Shown here piece after piece: positions 16,798-25,683 of a stretch of DNA of 28,313 bases (positions are counted from its first letter, which is position 1; every line of letters starts with the position of its first letter). The translations under genes and the position numbers were made by a program. The notes beneath the pieces are model-generated. The model was not told where the DNA came from, did not search any database, and was given only the letters and a program-made list of their open reading frames with translations. The stretch comes from a virus (taxonomy: Duplodnaviria; Heunggongvirae; Uroviricota; Caudoviricetes): IMG/VR virus record IMGVR_UViG_2721755712_000003, positions 1 to 28,313 of that record. The stretch is one strand, 5' to 3'.

Positions 16798-17291
16798 CAG
16801 CACAACTCCGCAAAGATTCGCGGGCGGCACAGAATGTCAGAGATGGCCCAGCTCACATCACGCCACAAATCCGATGTCTGTATATCCAGAGCGTCCGCCC
16901 GGCGGTCGCCCTTGTCCGTTGTGTCTGCATCACGATAACGCTCCAGAATCAGGGCGCGCGTGGCGGTATAAACAGCATTGCGCCAGTGCCAGAGATTGAC
17001 GCTTTCTCCGTTAATTACGGGTGCCGGAACATCGGCCAGCGTCTGATGGCCAGCCGCCTGCTGTTCCTGCTGCCATGCTTCCAGCTCGCGGGTAACGTGT
17101 GCCACGGCCCCAGTGGCGGTATGCAGCAGGCGGGAGGTGGTCACACGGCCCGGCAGTCGTACCGCCAGACGCAGCTCACGCAGCACAATATCCGGCCAGA
17201 ATGCACCCGCTGAAATACGGGTATCACCATCATCGGTATCGGTGATGTCGTCCTCTGCGGGTCCGGGGTTGGTTCTGGCAACCATACTCAT
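16797..17291 (-). CDS. L: head completion/stabilisation protein gpL
   Basis: About 165 aa, downstream of M; GGAGTGA SD before ATG 17289-17291. Confidence 0.85.
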   Translation of the reverse strand: MSMVARTNPGPAEDDITDTDDGDTRISAGAFWPDIVLRELRLAVRLPGRVTTSRLLHTATGAVAHVTRELEAWQQEQQAAGHQTLADVPAPVINGESVNLWHWRNAVYTATRALILERYRDADTTDKGDRRADALDIQTSDLWRDVSWAISDILCRPRIFAELC

Positions 17292-17392
17292 TGGGTTCAC
17301 TCCTGAAAAAATCGGGCGGTGGGTGCGCGGTGTAAACGGTCACGGAGTCAAACCGGAACACCGCGCACGCCGCCCGCTGACGGGGTCAGTCG

Positions 17393-18193
17393 TTAACCGC
17401 GCTTCGCCTTCTGCGTCGCGGTGGTTTTTCGTGTTGCAGGCTTCCGCGTTGTCTTTTTACTTTTGCTGCTTTCGTCCTGCGCCTGCGGTGTGCTGGCGTC
17501 TTCTGGTTCGGCTGCGGAATCGGCTTTTTTCAGGGCGCGGGAAAGGGTTGCAATCTCGCGTTTCACACCTGCGTTCGGGTTCAGGTGCATCGCTTCGCGC
17601 AGCAGCTTCAGTGATGAGGCCATGCTGTCCGCATCGCTCAGGCCACGGCGGGCAAAGGCGCACGCCTTGCATAATTTGGCGCGCACTTCGTCCGGCATAT
17701 CCTGGTTGGCGACAATTTCCCAAAGTGTGTCCAGTGGTTCGATAAAGGCGGACAAATCCGCGTCGGCATCCGTCCCGGCCTGCGTCAGTACCGGGTTGCA
17801 GATTTCTTCGGTCAGTACCGTGGCAGCAGTACGGCCAAAGTTATCCGGCATGATGAGGTTGTGACGGACCACATACGCACCAATACGCAATGCCAGCGGA
17901 AGATCGCCGCAGTCAATCGCCCACACCATCAGCGTGGCAATCACCTCATCTTGCTGCCCGCCGTCAGCCTCCAGCGTTCCTTCAATCCAGCCGGAAAAGT
18001 CCGGTAACAACTCTTTTTTGATGGCGGCTTTGGCGCTTCTGGCCTGTACGCCCTTAAGTCGGGCCTGTGCCAGACGCAGACGATACAGCACCTCTTCATG
18101 CGCGGTACGTGCGGCGTGATCCACGCCTTCATTCGCCCGGCCTGCGCGCTGCGCCATCACGTTCTGCCAGTGTTGCTGTGCAGGGGTAATCAT
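17393..18193 (-). CDS. M: terminase small (endonuclease) subunit gpM
   Basis: 266 aa, GGAGAGAAAG SD, basic C-terminus; canonical position after N. Confidence 0.9.
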   Translation of the reverse strand: MITPAQQHWQNVMAQRAGRANEGVDHAARTAHEEVLYRLRLAQARLKGVQARSAKAAIKKELLPDFSGWIEGTLEADGGQQDEVIATLMVWAIDCGDLPLALRIGAYVVRHNLIMPDNFGRTAATVLTEEICNPVLTQAGTDADADLSAFIEPLDTLWEIVANQDMPDEVRAKLCKACAFARRGLSDADSMASSLKLLREAMHLNPNAGVKREIATLSRALKKADSAAEPEDASTPQAQDESSKSKKTTRKPATRKTTATQKAKRG

Positions 18194-18210
18194 TCTTTCT
18201 CTCCGTTACA

Positions 18211-18229
18211 GGCGGGCATGATGCCCGCC
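18211..18229 (-). other. 19-bp palindrome GGCGGGCAT-G-ATGCCCGCC between N and M
   Basis: Read directly; candidate stem-loop in the N-M intercistronic RNA. Confidence 0.3.
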
Positions 18230-18238
18230 GTGAGTTGA

Positions 18239-19243
18239 TTAGCTGTCGGCGAACTTCAGGCCTGTGACCATCGCGCACTTGCCATAGTCTTCAACGACAT
18301 AAGCGTCATTGATGGACTGGTAGGTGGCGATGCGGTTGTATTCCGGCTCGTCTTTCATCAGGCGACGCATTGAGCCTCTCTGCCAGTAAATTGACAGGTT
18401 GTTGAATGAGGTGATCAGCATCGTTGCATCCGGGAAGAACGGCGCAAGGAATACATCCAGCCCACCAATGGTGCGCGATGACAGGATGAGCTGTCCGGCG
18501 AGTAATTCCGCATTGGGATTCTGGCCGCTGATGCTGTTCAGCACGGGCAGACGCAGCGAGTTAAACAGGTTGCGCCCCATAATCACCACGAGGTCGTCTG
18601 CTTCCTTGTGCCATTCATCCAGCAGGGATGAGCGCGCGTCCTGTACCAGTGCATCAGCGTTCGCATACTTACCCGCGTGCGCCACTGTGTTGTCCATGTT
18701 GCGGGAAGTCAGCGTCACGTCATTCATTACGCGTTCACTGGCATCGGTTCTGATGTGCTCCAGCCAGCCCACGTTAACGTCCTGAAGCAGCTTGTTGGTG
18801 CTGAAATTGGATTTTTCCGCGTGTGATGTGCCGTTAAAGCCGATCATGATGCGGTCAAGCGCCACCTGCCGGGCAATCTGTGTGCTGATGCGCGACTGAA
18901 AATCGCTGTGAGCCGCCCAGGCATCAAGCTTCGGGTATGAAATAAACGTGTCGTAGTTCACCTGTTCACACTGGTACTGACGAGCCTTCATATCGACAGC
19001 GTTAATCGGATTACGGCGATCTGTGCCGTCATAACTGGTATTCGTGCGCGCAATCGGCCCGGTGGTGTCCAGGAGAACTTTTTCGCCTTTCTGGTCAGTT
19101 ACACCGATTACATTAATTCTTTTCGTAAATTCGGTACTTTCCTTTGAAGCGTTTTCAAAACGCTGTTGTACCGATGGATTGACGGTAAATCGCGATACCA
19201 GCGCAGAAACCGGGATATTGTTAAGCGACGCCTGCTGCGTCAT
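18239..19243 (-). CDS. N: major capsid protein gpN (5' end clipped relative to P2 N)
   Basis: 334 aa; FTVNPSV, RINVIGV and DAYVVEDYG blocks match P2 gpN. Homologous reading continues about 11 codons upstream of the first ATG into the P ribosome-binding site with no start codon. Confidence 0.9.
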   Translation of the reverse strand: MTQQASLNNIPVSALVSRFTVNPSVQQRFENASKESTEFTKRINVIGVTDQKGEKVLLDTTGPIARTNTSYDGTDRRNPINAVDMKARQYQCEQVNYDTFISYPKLDAWAAHSDFQSRISTQIARQVALDRIMIGFNGTSHAEKSNFSTNKLLQDVNVGWLEHIRTDASERVMNDVTLTSRNMDNTVAHAGKYANADALVQDARSSLLDEWHKEADDLVVIMGRNLFNSLRLPVLNSISGQNPNAELLAGQLILSSRTIGGLDVFLAPFFPDATMLITSFNNLSIYWQRGSMRRLMKDEPEYNRIATYQSINDAYVVEDYGKCAMVTGLKFADS

Positions 19244-19288
19244 GTAGCAGCCCAGCTTGTTACGGGCATTAATTACTCAGGGGGAGCA

Positions 19289-20542
19289 ATGATTCAGGAC
19301 GCTTTTGTGCGCCAGCGTGCGCGGCAACTTTACTGGCAGGGTTATCCGCCCGCAGAAATATCACGTCTGATGGGAATAAACCCGAACACGATTTATGCGT
19401 GGAAAAAACGCGACCAGTGGGATGAAACGCCCCCCGTGCAGCGTGTCACGCAGTCCATCGATGCGCGCCTCATCCAGCTTACTGAAAAACAGAATAAAAC
19501 AGGCGGTGACTTTAAGGAAATAGACCTGCTGACCCGGCAGCTTAAAAAGCTGCATGATGGCCAGCCGGATGTGATGGCCGCAGGAAAGAAAGGCCGGGCG
19601 AAAAAACTTAAAAATCATTTCACGCCGGAACAGATTGCCGCACTGCGGGAAAAAATCATCAGCAGGCTGGAGTGGCATCAGCGGGGCTGGTTTGACTCCC
19701 TGACACTTTGCAGGGAAGCCGGGATACGTAACAGGATGATCCTGAAATCCCGACAGATTGGGGCGACCTGGTATTTTGCACAGGAAGCTCTGCTGATGGC
19801 GCTGCGTGACGATGTGGCGCAACCTTACCAGCGTAACCAGATTTTTTTGTCTGCGTCGCGTCGTCAGGCGTTCCAGTTTAAAAGCATTATTCAGAAGGTC
19901 GCGGCTGAAGTTGATGTGGAGCTGAAAGGGGGCGATAAAATCATCCTCTCCAACGGCGCAGAGCTGCATTTTCTCGGCACTTCTGCTGCGTCGGCACAGT
20001 CCTATACGGGCAATTTTTATTTTGATGAATTTTTCTGGGTCAGTCGCTTTGCTGAACTGCGCAAGGTGGCTGGCGCTATGGCAACCCTCAGCGGACTGCG
20101 GCGCACCTACTTCTCCACGCCATCCACCGAAACGCACGAGGCGTACGCCTACTGGAACGGCGACCGCTGGAACGAGAAAAAGGCCTCGCATAAACGCCAG
20201 CGTTTTTCTGTGGACTGGAAAACGCTGCATAACGGGCTTATCTGCCCTGACCGGACTTGGCGGCAAATTGTCACGCTGGAAGATGTGGTTAATCACGGCT
20301 GGAAACACACCGATATCGACGAAATTCGTGATGAAAACACCGAAGACGAGTTCCTCAATCTCTATATGTGTGAGTTTGTCCGCGAAGGGGAATCGGCATT
20401 TAACCTGAATATCCTGATTGGCTGCGGTGTTGACGGATACGACGACTGGAAAGACTGGAAACCTTTTGCTCCCCGCCCGATGGGGAATCGTCCGGTATGG
20501 ATTGGGTATGACGCAAACGGCAGCAGTGGCAACGGCGACACC
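19289..20542 (+). pseudogene. P: terminase large (ATPase) subunit gpP, 3'-truncated at about aa 418
   Basis: GGGGGAG SD before ATG 19289; terminase-like sequence up to ...GYDANGSSGNGDT, after which the ORF is the antisense of gene A. Confidence 0.85.
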
Positions 20543-20544
20543 GT

Positions 20545-21822
20545 GCGGATGCCATACCAGCGCAGGCCGTCGCGGTTCAGTTTCTTGCGGACCGCCGCAA
20601 AAAACGAGTTAACCAGGTAATCGCTGGAGTCGCGCATAGTGGCCCCGTTCCATTTGGGATTCGGATGACCGTTCTCCGTTGTTGCGTGGTATTTTGACGG
20701 GCAGGTGACAGTCAGAAACACCGCTCTGTCGCCACGGGCTTCGGCCAGAAGTTCCAGCCCCTTCATGGTGGCCATCATTTCTGCCTTACGGTGAACCGGG
20801 TTACTTACTCCCGCGTAATACACTGTCTCAAGATCAATCGTGAACCCGTCTTCGTTTTCCAGCATGAAACTTTTCAGGAAATCGCGTGTTTTCTCGCGCT
20901 GTGCGCGAAACTCGCTTAACGCATCCTGGCTCAGATAGGGCGATGTTTTTCTGGAAACCAGACAGGCGGCGCGGAGTTGTTCTTCTCTCCACTCGCAACG
21001 TAACAGCCACAGTTTGCGTTTCCACCATTCCGCACAGGTCAGGCGAAGGATTGCGCCCGGCAGCAGCTCCGTGTCTGGTTCGTTCCTCCGGCCTTTGTCT
21101 GTTGTCAGTGCGTCATAATGCGGAGGCATGGCGTGCAGGTGTAACGCCATGCGGGCCAGCATCTGATACGCCTTCAGCGTTACATCCATGGTCAGCTCGC
21201 CATCAGTCGCACCAAAGCCATCGCAGAGTTTTTCGAAGGTGCTGCTGAACATCGCCGCCGTCATGGTGGCCAGCGTCTGTATCTGGTGTTTGTTGAGCTG
21301 CGGCAGGTAAAGCAAATCGTCCAGGCGTTCGCGTCCGGCAAGGGAGCGATAACCCGGTGTCAGCCAGTGTCCGTCAGTGCGATCCAGACGTTCGAATATT
21401 TTGCGCAGGGTTCCGCGTGCATAGCGTTCTGCCTGCCAGCTCTTTTTGCCTTTCCGGCGATCGACTTCCTGTTTTTTGCGCAGGAAGGAGAGGTGGCGAA
21501 TAAGCGGATCGCGCAGATAGGACGGCAGCAGGCGCAGCGAGGCCATGGCTTCATCCACCGCGCCGCGTGCCTGTCTTCTGGCGTCTCCTGCCAGCGTGAT
21601 GGTTTTGTCCTGTTTTTCCTGTGCGTCCAGGCTTTTATTAATCAGGTTGCCCAGTGGCGTGGCAGAGAACGCCGCATCAGCCTTTTCCTGTCGGCGCTCG
21701 TTCTCTGCCTGGTAGGCATCCAGCCAGGAGGAAAGCGCGGATTCAGGTGCGGGGATCCCCGTTCCTTCACGCCCCACTGCGTGGCGCGGTTGTTGCCAGT
21801 CCCTGATGTACTCTGTCGTCAT
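20545..21822 (-). pseudogene. A: replication initiation endonuclease gpA, 3'-truncated before the HUH active-site region
   Basis: N-terminal about 425 aa is gpA-like (…FLTVTCPSKYH…RWYGIR) and stops resembling gpA where the Val-Glu-Pro-His-His-Asp-Gly block would follow; beyond that the ORF is antisense of P. Confidence 0.85.
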
Positions 21823-21828
21823 ACTGAT

Positions 21829-22194
21829 TTACTGCGTCATACCGTTCAGGGTGTCACGGCAAACGGCAGCCAGCCGCTGAATTTCCAGCACGGTGTCTTC
21901 TGTGTCGGCATAGCGATGTGTGATGCGGATGCTGTCGGCAATCACATCGACGATTGCAGAGGATGGGCGCTGGTAAATGCCAATAACGGACGGAGTGCCA
22001 CCTTCAATGCGGTAAAGCCTGTAATTTCCCTCGTGGCTGTCAATCATGTAGCGACCATCAATAACAATCTTTCCGTCAGCGAGCTGCGGTACAGGCAGGG
22101 ATTTCAGGTACATGTCATAACGTTCACGCACGCGAACGGCAAGATCACGCTCTGTGTTGAGCAGGTATTCAAGAAAGTCGTTGGCGAGAATCAT
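21829..22194 (-). CDS. hypothetical early protein, 121 aa, immediately upstream of A
   Basis: Stop 6 nt before the A start; no recognisable motif. Confidence 0.5.
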   Translation of the reverse strand: MILANDFLEYLLNTERDLAVRVRERYDMYLKSLPVPQLADGKIVIDGRYMIDSHEGNYRLYRIEGGTPSVIGIYQRPSSAIVDVIADSIRITHRYADTEDTVLEIQRLAAVCRDTLNGMTQ

Positions 22195-22266
22195 TGCGGC
22201 AATCCTCTTGTTACAGATGTGCGAAGGCCTCCTGCCGCAAGGTGCAGGAAAGGCCCGGAACAGGAA

Positions 22267-22497
22267 TTAATGGAGTTTGTTTTGCTGCTGGATGAGCTGC
22301 TGAAGCTCGCGCAGATCATCCGCCAGATAACTGAAAACAGCGGATGAGTAGAGGTTTGAAAGTTCGCAGCTACGCTCATGCAGCATATTGATGTGCATGA
22401 TTTTAGCGACGCGGAATGCGCGGGAAAGTCTGCGGTTGATTTCAGTCTGGATGTGACGACGCTCCGCGATAGCGCGGTGCTGTTTGCGGTTTGCCAT
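22267..22497 (-). CDS. hypothetical basic 76-aa protein
   Basis: AAAGAGG SD 7 nt before ATG 22495-22497; preceded by a structured, GC-rich leader. Confidence 0.45.
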   Translation of the reverse strand: MANRKQHRAIAERRHIQTEINRRLSRAFRVAKIMHINMLHERSCELSNLYSSAVFSYLADDLRELQQLIQQQNKLH

Positions 22498-22674
22498 GGT
22501 GTGGCCTCTTTGGTTGTAAGTTTTGAAAACTCACCATCCAGAGCTGCGAAACTGTGGGTGGCGAGACGTACGGGGTTCGCAGTACCGGCAACCAAAGAAC
22601 CCGGCCCGACCGAAGTCGGCCCCGTACGCCCCGCCATAATTCTGACGCGAAAAAAACGTGGCAATACAGTACGC

Positions 22675-22702
22675 ACAAAAAAACCGCTGGCGCGGTTGTG
22701 CG
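22675..22702 (-). terminator. intrinsic terminator (hairpin followed by T7 on the minus strand)
   Basis: Minus-strand RNA reads CGCACAACCGCGCCAGCGGUUUUUUUGUGCG; the T-run is the complement of 22675-22681. Lies downstream of the SPFH gene. Confidence 0.55.
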
Positions 22703-22864
22703 CTTTGGTTGTCAGCAGGCTGCGAAACCCGGCACCCGTTTTATGAGGTGCAGCGAAAATGTAACCTGACTGATTGCGGCATGGCAAGCGGTTTTTTTGT
22801 GAGAACGGCATACTAAAAAATCCTGATACTGCTCCGGCCAGCGGTTTGCACTGGCCGGGTGTCA

Positions 22865-23695
22865 TTACTTCACGGGAACGAACGGAACAGCGGTGTTACT
22901 GGTCATGTATTGCGGCAGCGTGCCGTTCCATTTGTTGATTGCTTCCAGCTCCATAACGCCGGGATTCTGGCGCAGAGCTTCGCCGCGTAAACGAATGGCG
23001 TCGGCTTCAGCCTGGGCTTTTGTGCGAATGGCATCGGCCTGTCCGGCAGCTTCTGCGCGCAACATGTTGGCTTCTGCTTCGCGTTGCTTGACTTCCTGTT
23101 CGCGTTGCAGGGTTTTCTGGTTTGCCGTGACTTTGGCGTTAATGCTGTCGATAACGGTTGGCGGATATTCCGGTTTACCGACATAAGAGAGGCTCATGAC
23201 CTGAATACCGATGGGGGTCATCTCTTCCTGAATATCTTTAAGTGCTGAATCCAGCAGTTCAGACTTACCACCGTCGATAAACTTATCGGTGGTCATTTTG
23301 CTGGCCAGTCGGTTGAGTGCATCGGCGATCTTCTGGCGCAGGTCAGTGTCGGTAATGTCGTCCACGCCTTTGCGGTAGGTCTGAAACACCGTGGTAACTT
23401 TGGATGGATCAACTTTGTAGGCCACGCCGATGTGATAGCCGATGGTTGTGCCGTCACTCATCTGGAAGTTGAACGGCTCATCGTAACTCTTCATTTGTTT
23501 GAAGGTCGGGAAGATGTAAACCTCTGTATTCCAGCCTGTCCAGTAGCGGCCAACGCCAACCACTTCACCGACGCCTTTGTCGTCGCCCAGTTTGTTGACT
23601 TTGATGCCCACATTACCTGGCTCAACGCGATCGCAACCAACCAGCAGGATGGCGGCAAAAAGCGGGAGAATCTGAAAGAGTCTGAATTTCTTCAT
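22865..23695 (-). CDS. SPFH/band-7 (stomatin/prohibitin-like) lipoprotein
   Basis: 276 aa, lipobox LLVGC, SPFH-like core followed by an Ala/Gln/Glu-rich coiled coil (QREQEVKQREAEANMLRAEAAGQADAIRTKAQAEADAIRLRGEALRQ). Start overlaps the upstream gene stop (ATGA). Confidence 0.75.
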   Translation of the reverse strand: MKKFRLFQILPLFAAILLVGCDRVEPGNVGIKVNKLGDDKGVGEVVGVGRYWTGWNTEVYIFPTFKQMKSYDEPFNFQMSDGTTIGYHIGVAYKVDPSKVTTVFQTYRKGVDDITDTDLRQKIADALNRLASKMTTDKFIDGGKSELLDSALKDIQEEMTPIGIQVMSLSYVGKPEYPPTVIDSINAKVTANQKTLQREQEVKQREAEANMLRAEAAGQADAIRTKAQAEADAIRLRGEALRQNPGVMELEAINKWNGTLPQYMTSNTAVPFVPVK

Positions 23696-23895
23696 TGTTT
23701 GATTTCCTTGATGTACTTACTGAAAAGGCGAACAACGCCTGCCGGGTACAGCATGGCAATGAAAATTCCCAGCAATACCAGGAAGGAGCTGTCTGATGAA
23801 ATCATTCGGGGGAGTAGTCCTGCATACAGAATGAGAGAGACGAGGACGCATACCAGCGCCCACATGTATGCGCGAAACCAGGTCTTTTTGTTCAT
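23692..23895 (-). CDS. small two-helix membrane protein, partner of the SPFH gene
   Basis: 67 aa with two hydrophobic helices; translationally coupled to the SPFH gene. Confidence 0.55.
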   Translation of the reverse strand: MNKKTWFRAYMWALVCVLVSLILYAGLLPRMISSDSSFLVLLGIFIAMLYPAGVVRLFSKYIKEIKQ

Positions 23896-23906
23896 ATCGC
23901 GGTCCT

Positions 23907-24206
23907 TTACTGGTTAAGGAAAAAATCGAAAACGTTGTCGATGCGTTGCAGCGGCTCCTGCTGCATTGCTTCCGGCGTTTCTGATTCACCTGGTGACTCC
24001 AGCGTCGCGCAAAAATCCTTGATTTCATGATGGAGCGTCAGACGAATGGCAGGAGCCATGGTTCTGGCGTGCTCCAGCTCATCCAGCAGTGCCAGCACGG
24101 CAGATGGCGAGAGCATTGCGCGAAACGCCAGTAATTTTTGATGCGTTGCCATTCGTTGCAGGTCAGTCGCCAGTTCGCGTAATTCCTGGTGGTTGATGGC
24201 GCTCAT
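23907..24206 (-). CDS. hypothetical protein, 99 aa
   Basis: ORF start overlaps the upstream gene stop by 4 nt. Confidence 0.45.
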   Translation of the reverse strand: MSAINHQELRELATDLQRMATHQKLLAFRAMLSPSAVLALLDELEHARTMAPAIRLTLHHEIKDFCATLESPGESETPEAMQQEPLQRIDNVFDFFLNQ

Positions 24207-24469
24207 GCTCTGGCTTCCTTCAGTAGCAGGTTAAACATGTGAGTAAGTGGATTGCTACACCCGAACGGCATCGGGTTTACGTGGTAAGAAGCCTGGCCTC
24301 CTGCTTTGCGAGCGCGACCACCTGTGCTGCGGTTTGTTCTGATGACTAAGCCGCCGCGCCAGAGTCGGCGTAACTCAGCATTGATGGCTGTGGTTGGGGT
24401 ATTCAGTGCTGCGGCGATTTCTCCGCCGCTACAACCCGGATGGGTAGCGATGTAGTCCAGAATGGTCAT
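24203..24469 (-). CDS. small winged-helix-like DNA-binding protein, 88 aa
   Basis: MTILDYIATHPGCSGGEIAAALNTPTTAINAELRRLWRGGLVIR resembles an HTH/winged-helix fold; coupled to flanking genes. Confidence 0.5.
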   Translation of the reverse strand: MTILDYIATHPGCSGGEIAAALNTPTTAINAELRRLWRGGLVIRTNRSTGGRARKAGGQASYHVNPMPFGCSNPLTHMFNLLLKEARA

Positions 24470-24669
24470 CTGCGTGACTCCTGTACCTGTCGGATAAGGT
24501 TCACCCGCACCACATTCGTGGCGCAGAAGTAAGTGCCGTCAGTGAGATAGATGTGATGTGCATCCTTTTCCGAACGATGTTTGTCGATAGTGGTAATCAG
24601 TCGTTCGTCGACCTCGTATTCGCGGTCTCTGGAGGTGAAGCGAACGACAGGAAAATGCTTAATTGCCAT
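24466..24669 (-). CDS. hypothetical protein, 67 aa
   Basis: ATG 24667-24669 overlaps the upstream stop (TAATG). Confidence 0.45.
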   Translation of the reverse strand: MAIKHFPVVRFTSRDREYEVDERLITTIDKHRSEKDAHHIYLTDGTYFCATNVVRVNLIRQVQESRR

Positions 24670-24932
24670 TACACCCTCTTGGCTTTATGTCTGTATTTGA
24701 GCTTTTCTATTTCTTCTTTTTGTTCTTTTAATGTTCTTATGGCTGTGAAAACATTAAAGCCCATAAAATGTGCTCTGTTCGCTAATGTAATACTGGCACC
24801 TTTGTTAGCTATATCATCTTCAATATCAGTGAAATACTGACTGATTTCTTTTAGTGCGGCGCAAAGCTTTGCGAGATCTCGCCCCCTGTCAAAATATGCA
24901 TCCTTCAGTATTTTTTGATTTGTCCTGAGCAT
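24669..24932 (-). CDS. hypothetical AT-rich cargo protein, about 87 aa
   Basis: Internal ATG at 24930-24932 has a GAGGT SD; the longer ORF from 24986 lacks one. Distinctly AT-rich. Confidence 0.45.
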   Translation of the reverse strand: MLRTNQKILKDAYFDRGRDLAKLCAALKEISQYFTDIEDDIANKGASITLANRAHFMGFNVFTAIRTLKEQKEEIEKLKYRHKAKRV

Positions 24933-25021
24933 GCTAACCTCGTGTTTATATATATGGATACCTCCGCGAGTGCGGATTGTTTTCATGTTTTCTTATTTAA
25001 TCGTGTGTTTTATTTGTGCTG

Positions 25022-25135
25022 TTATTCTTCAGTGAAAAAACGCTCAATCTTTTTTACTGAATGAATAATTCGCATAATCCCAATAGCGCAGGCCACCGAA
25101 ATAATCAGAACAAGCCATGAGATAAATATACTCAT
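25022..25135 (-). CDS. 37-aa hydrophobic peptide MSIFISWLVLIISVACAIGIMRIIHSVKKIERFFTEE
   Basis: Translated by hand; ATG overlaps the upstream stop (ATGA). Single predicted TM helix. Below the ORF-track size cutoff. Confidence 0.4.
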   Translation of the reverse strand: MSIFISWLVLIISVACAIGIMRIIHSVKKIERFFTEE

Positions 25136-25374
25136 GCGATATTCCCCAGCTTATACGGTTCAATATGTTCCCCGCATTCTGCGGCACAGATCAGCTCGGA
25201 AAGTTCGTTAAGTGCATCCAGATCATCAGCGTAAAAAGCCACGTCATACAGACTTCGGATTGCTCTGGTCAATGAGTCACGGGCCGCACGTTCAGCATGA
25301 GCGCCTGATGCACTTAAGCGAAAATAAAAACGCTCAAGTGCTTTGTTAATGAGAGTTTTATATTCTTTGCCCAT
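25132..25374 (-). CDS. hypothetical protein, about 80 aa
   Basis: ATG 25372-25374 with AAGGG SD; the ORF-track start at 25377 is GTG. Confidence 0.45.
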   Translation of the reverse strand: MGKEYKTLINKALERFYFRLSASGAHAERAARDSLTRAIRSLYDVAFYADDLDALNELSELICAAECGEHIEPYKLGNIA

Positions 25375-25385
25375 CACAACGCCCT

Positions 25386-25673
25386 TTAATCTGCTTTCTG
25401 TATTTCAGCTTCTGAATCCATACAAATAATTTCGATATAGGGTTCATCGCCATTAACCTGGCGTGCCTTTTCAGCTTCGCTAATGATTTCTCGTACGGTC
25501 TGGTACGGAAGTTCCACAAGCAGCCGTGTGCCGTTCAGATAAATGTAAGTGGCTTCGGCGGCTCCGTTTTTACCCGCCGGAGTCACTCCATCAATAGCGG
25601 ATGCGCGTAATAACAGTTCACCGCGAAAATCAATAAAACGGATAAATACACCTTGTGCATGCTCTTTGGTCAT
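25386..25673 (-). CDS. hypothetical early protein, about 95 aa
   Basis: ATG 25671-25673 with AGGTG SD, 10 nt after the upstream stop; the longer ORF from 25787 would overlap the upstream gene. Confidence 0.45.
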   Translation of the reverse strand: MTKEHAQGVFIRFIDFRGELLLRASAIDGVTPAGKNGAAEATYIYLNGTRLLVELPYQTVREIISEAEKARQVNGDEPYIEIICMDSEAEIQKAD

Positions 25674-25683
25674 AAAGCACCTG

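Noticed and set aside
16271-16813. 180-aa ORF extending the holin N-terminus
   Set aside because: The upstream 70 aa overlap gpX on the opposite frame and lack hydrophobic character; a GTG with GGGGAG SD at 16592-16594 directly after the X stop gives a holin of plausible size.
17113-17864. ORFs 17113..17745, 17421..17864 and 17457..17723 overlapping L and M
   Set aside because: Arg/Ser-rich antisense or alternative-frame reading of terminase-small and head-completion genes; no independent support.
20362-20544. 3' part of the 486-aa gene A ORF
   Set aside because: This part is the reverse complement of genuine terminase P coding sequence; the A homology ends at ...RWYGIR.
19166-20620. 484-aa extended terminase ORF
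   Set aside because: The first 41 codons are antisense of the N start region and the last about 26 codons are antisense of gene A; real coding is about 19289-20542.
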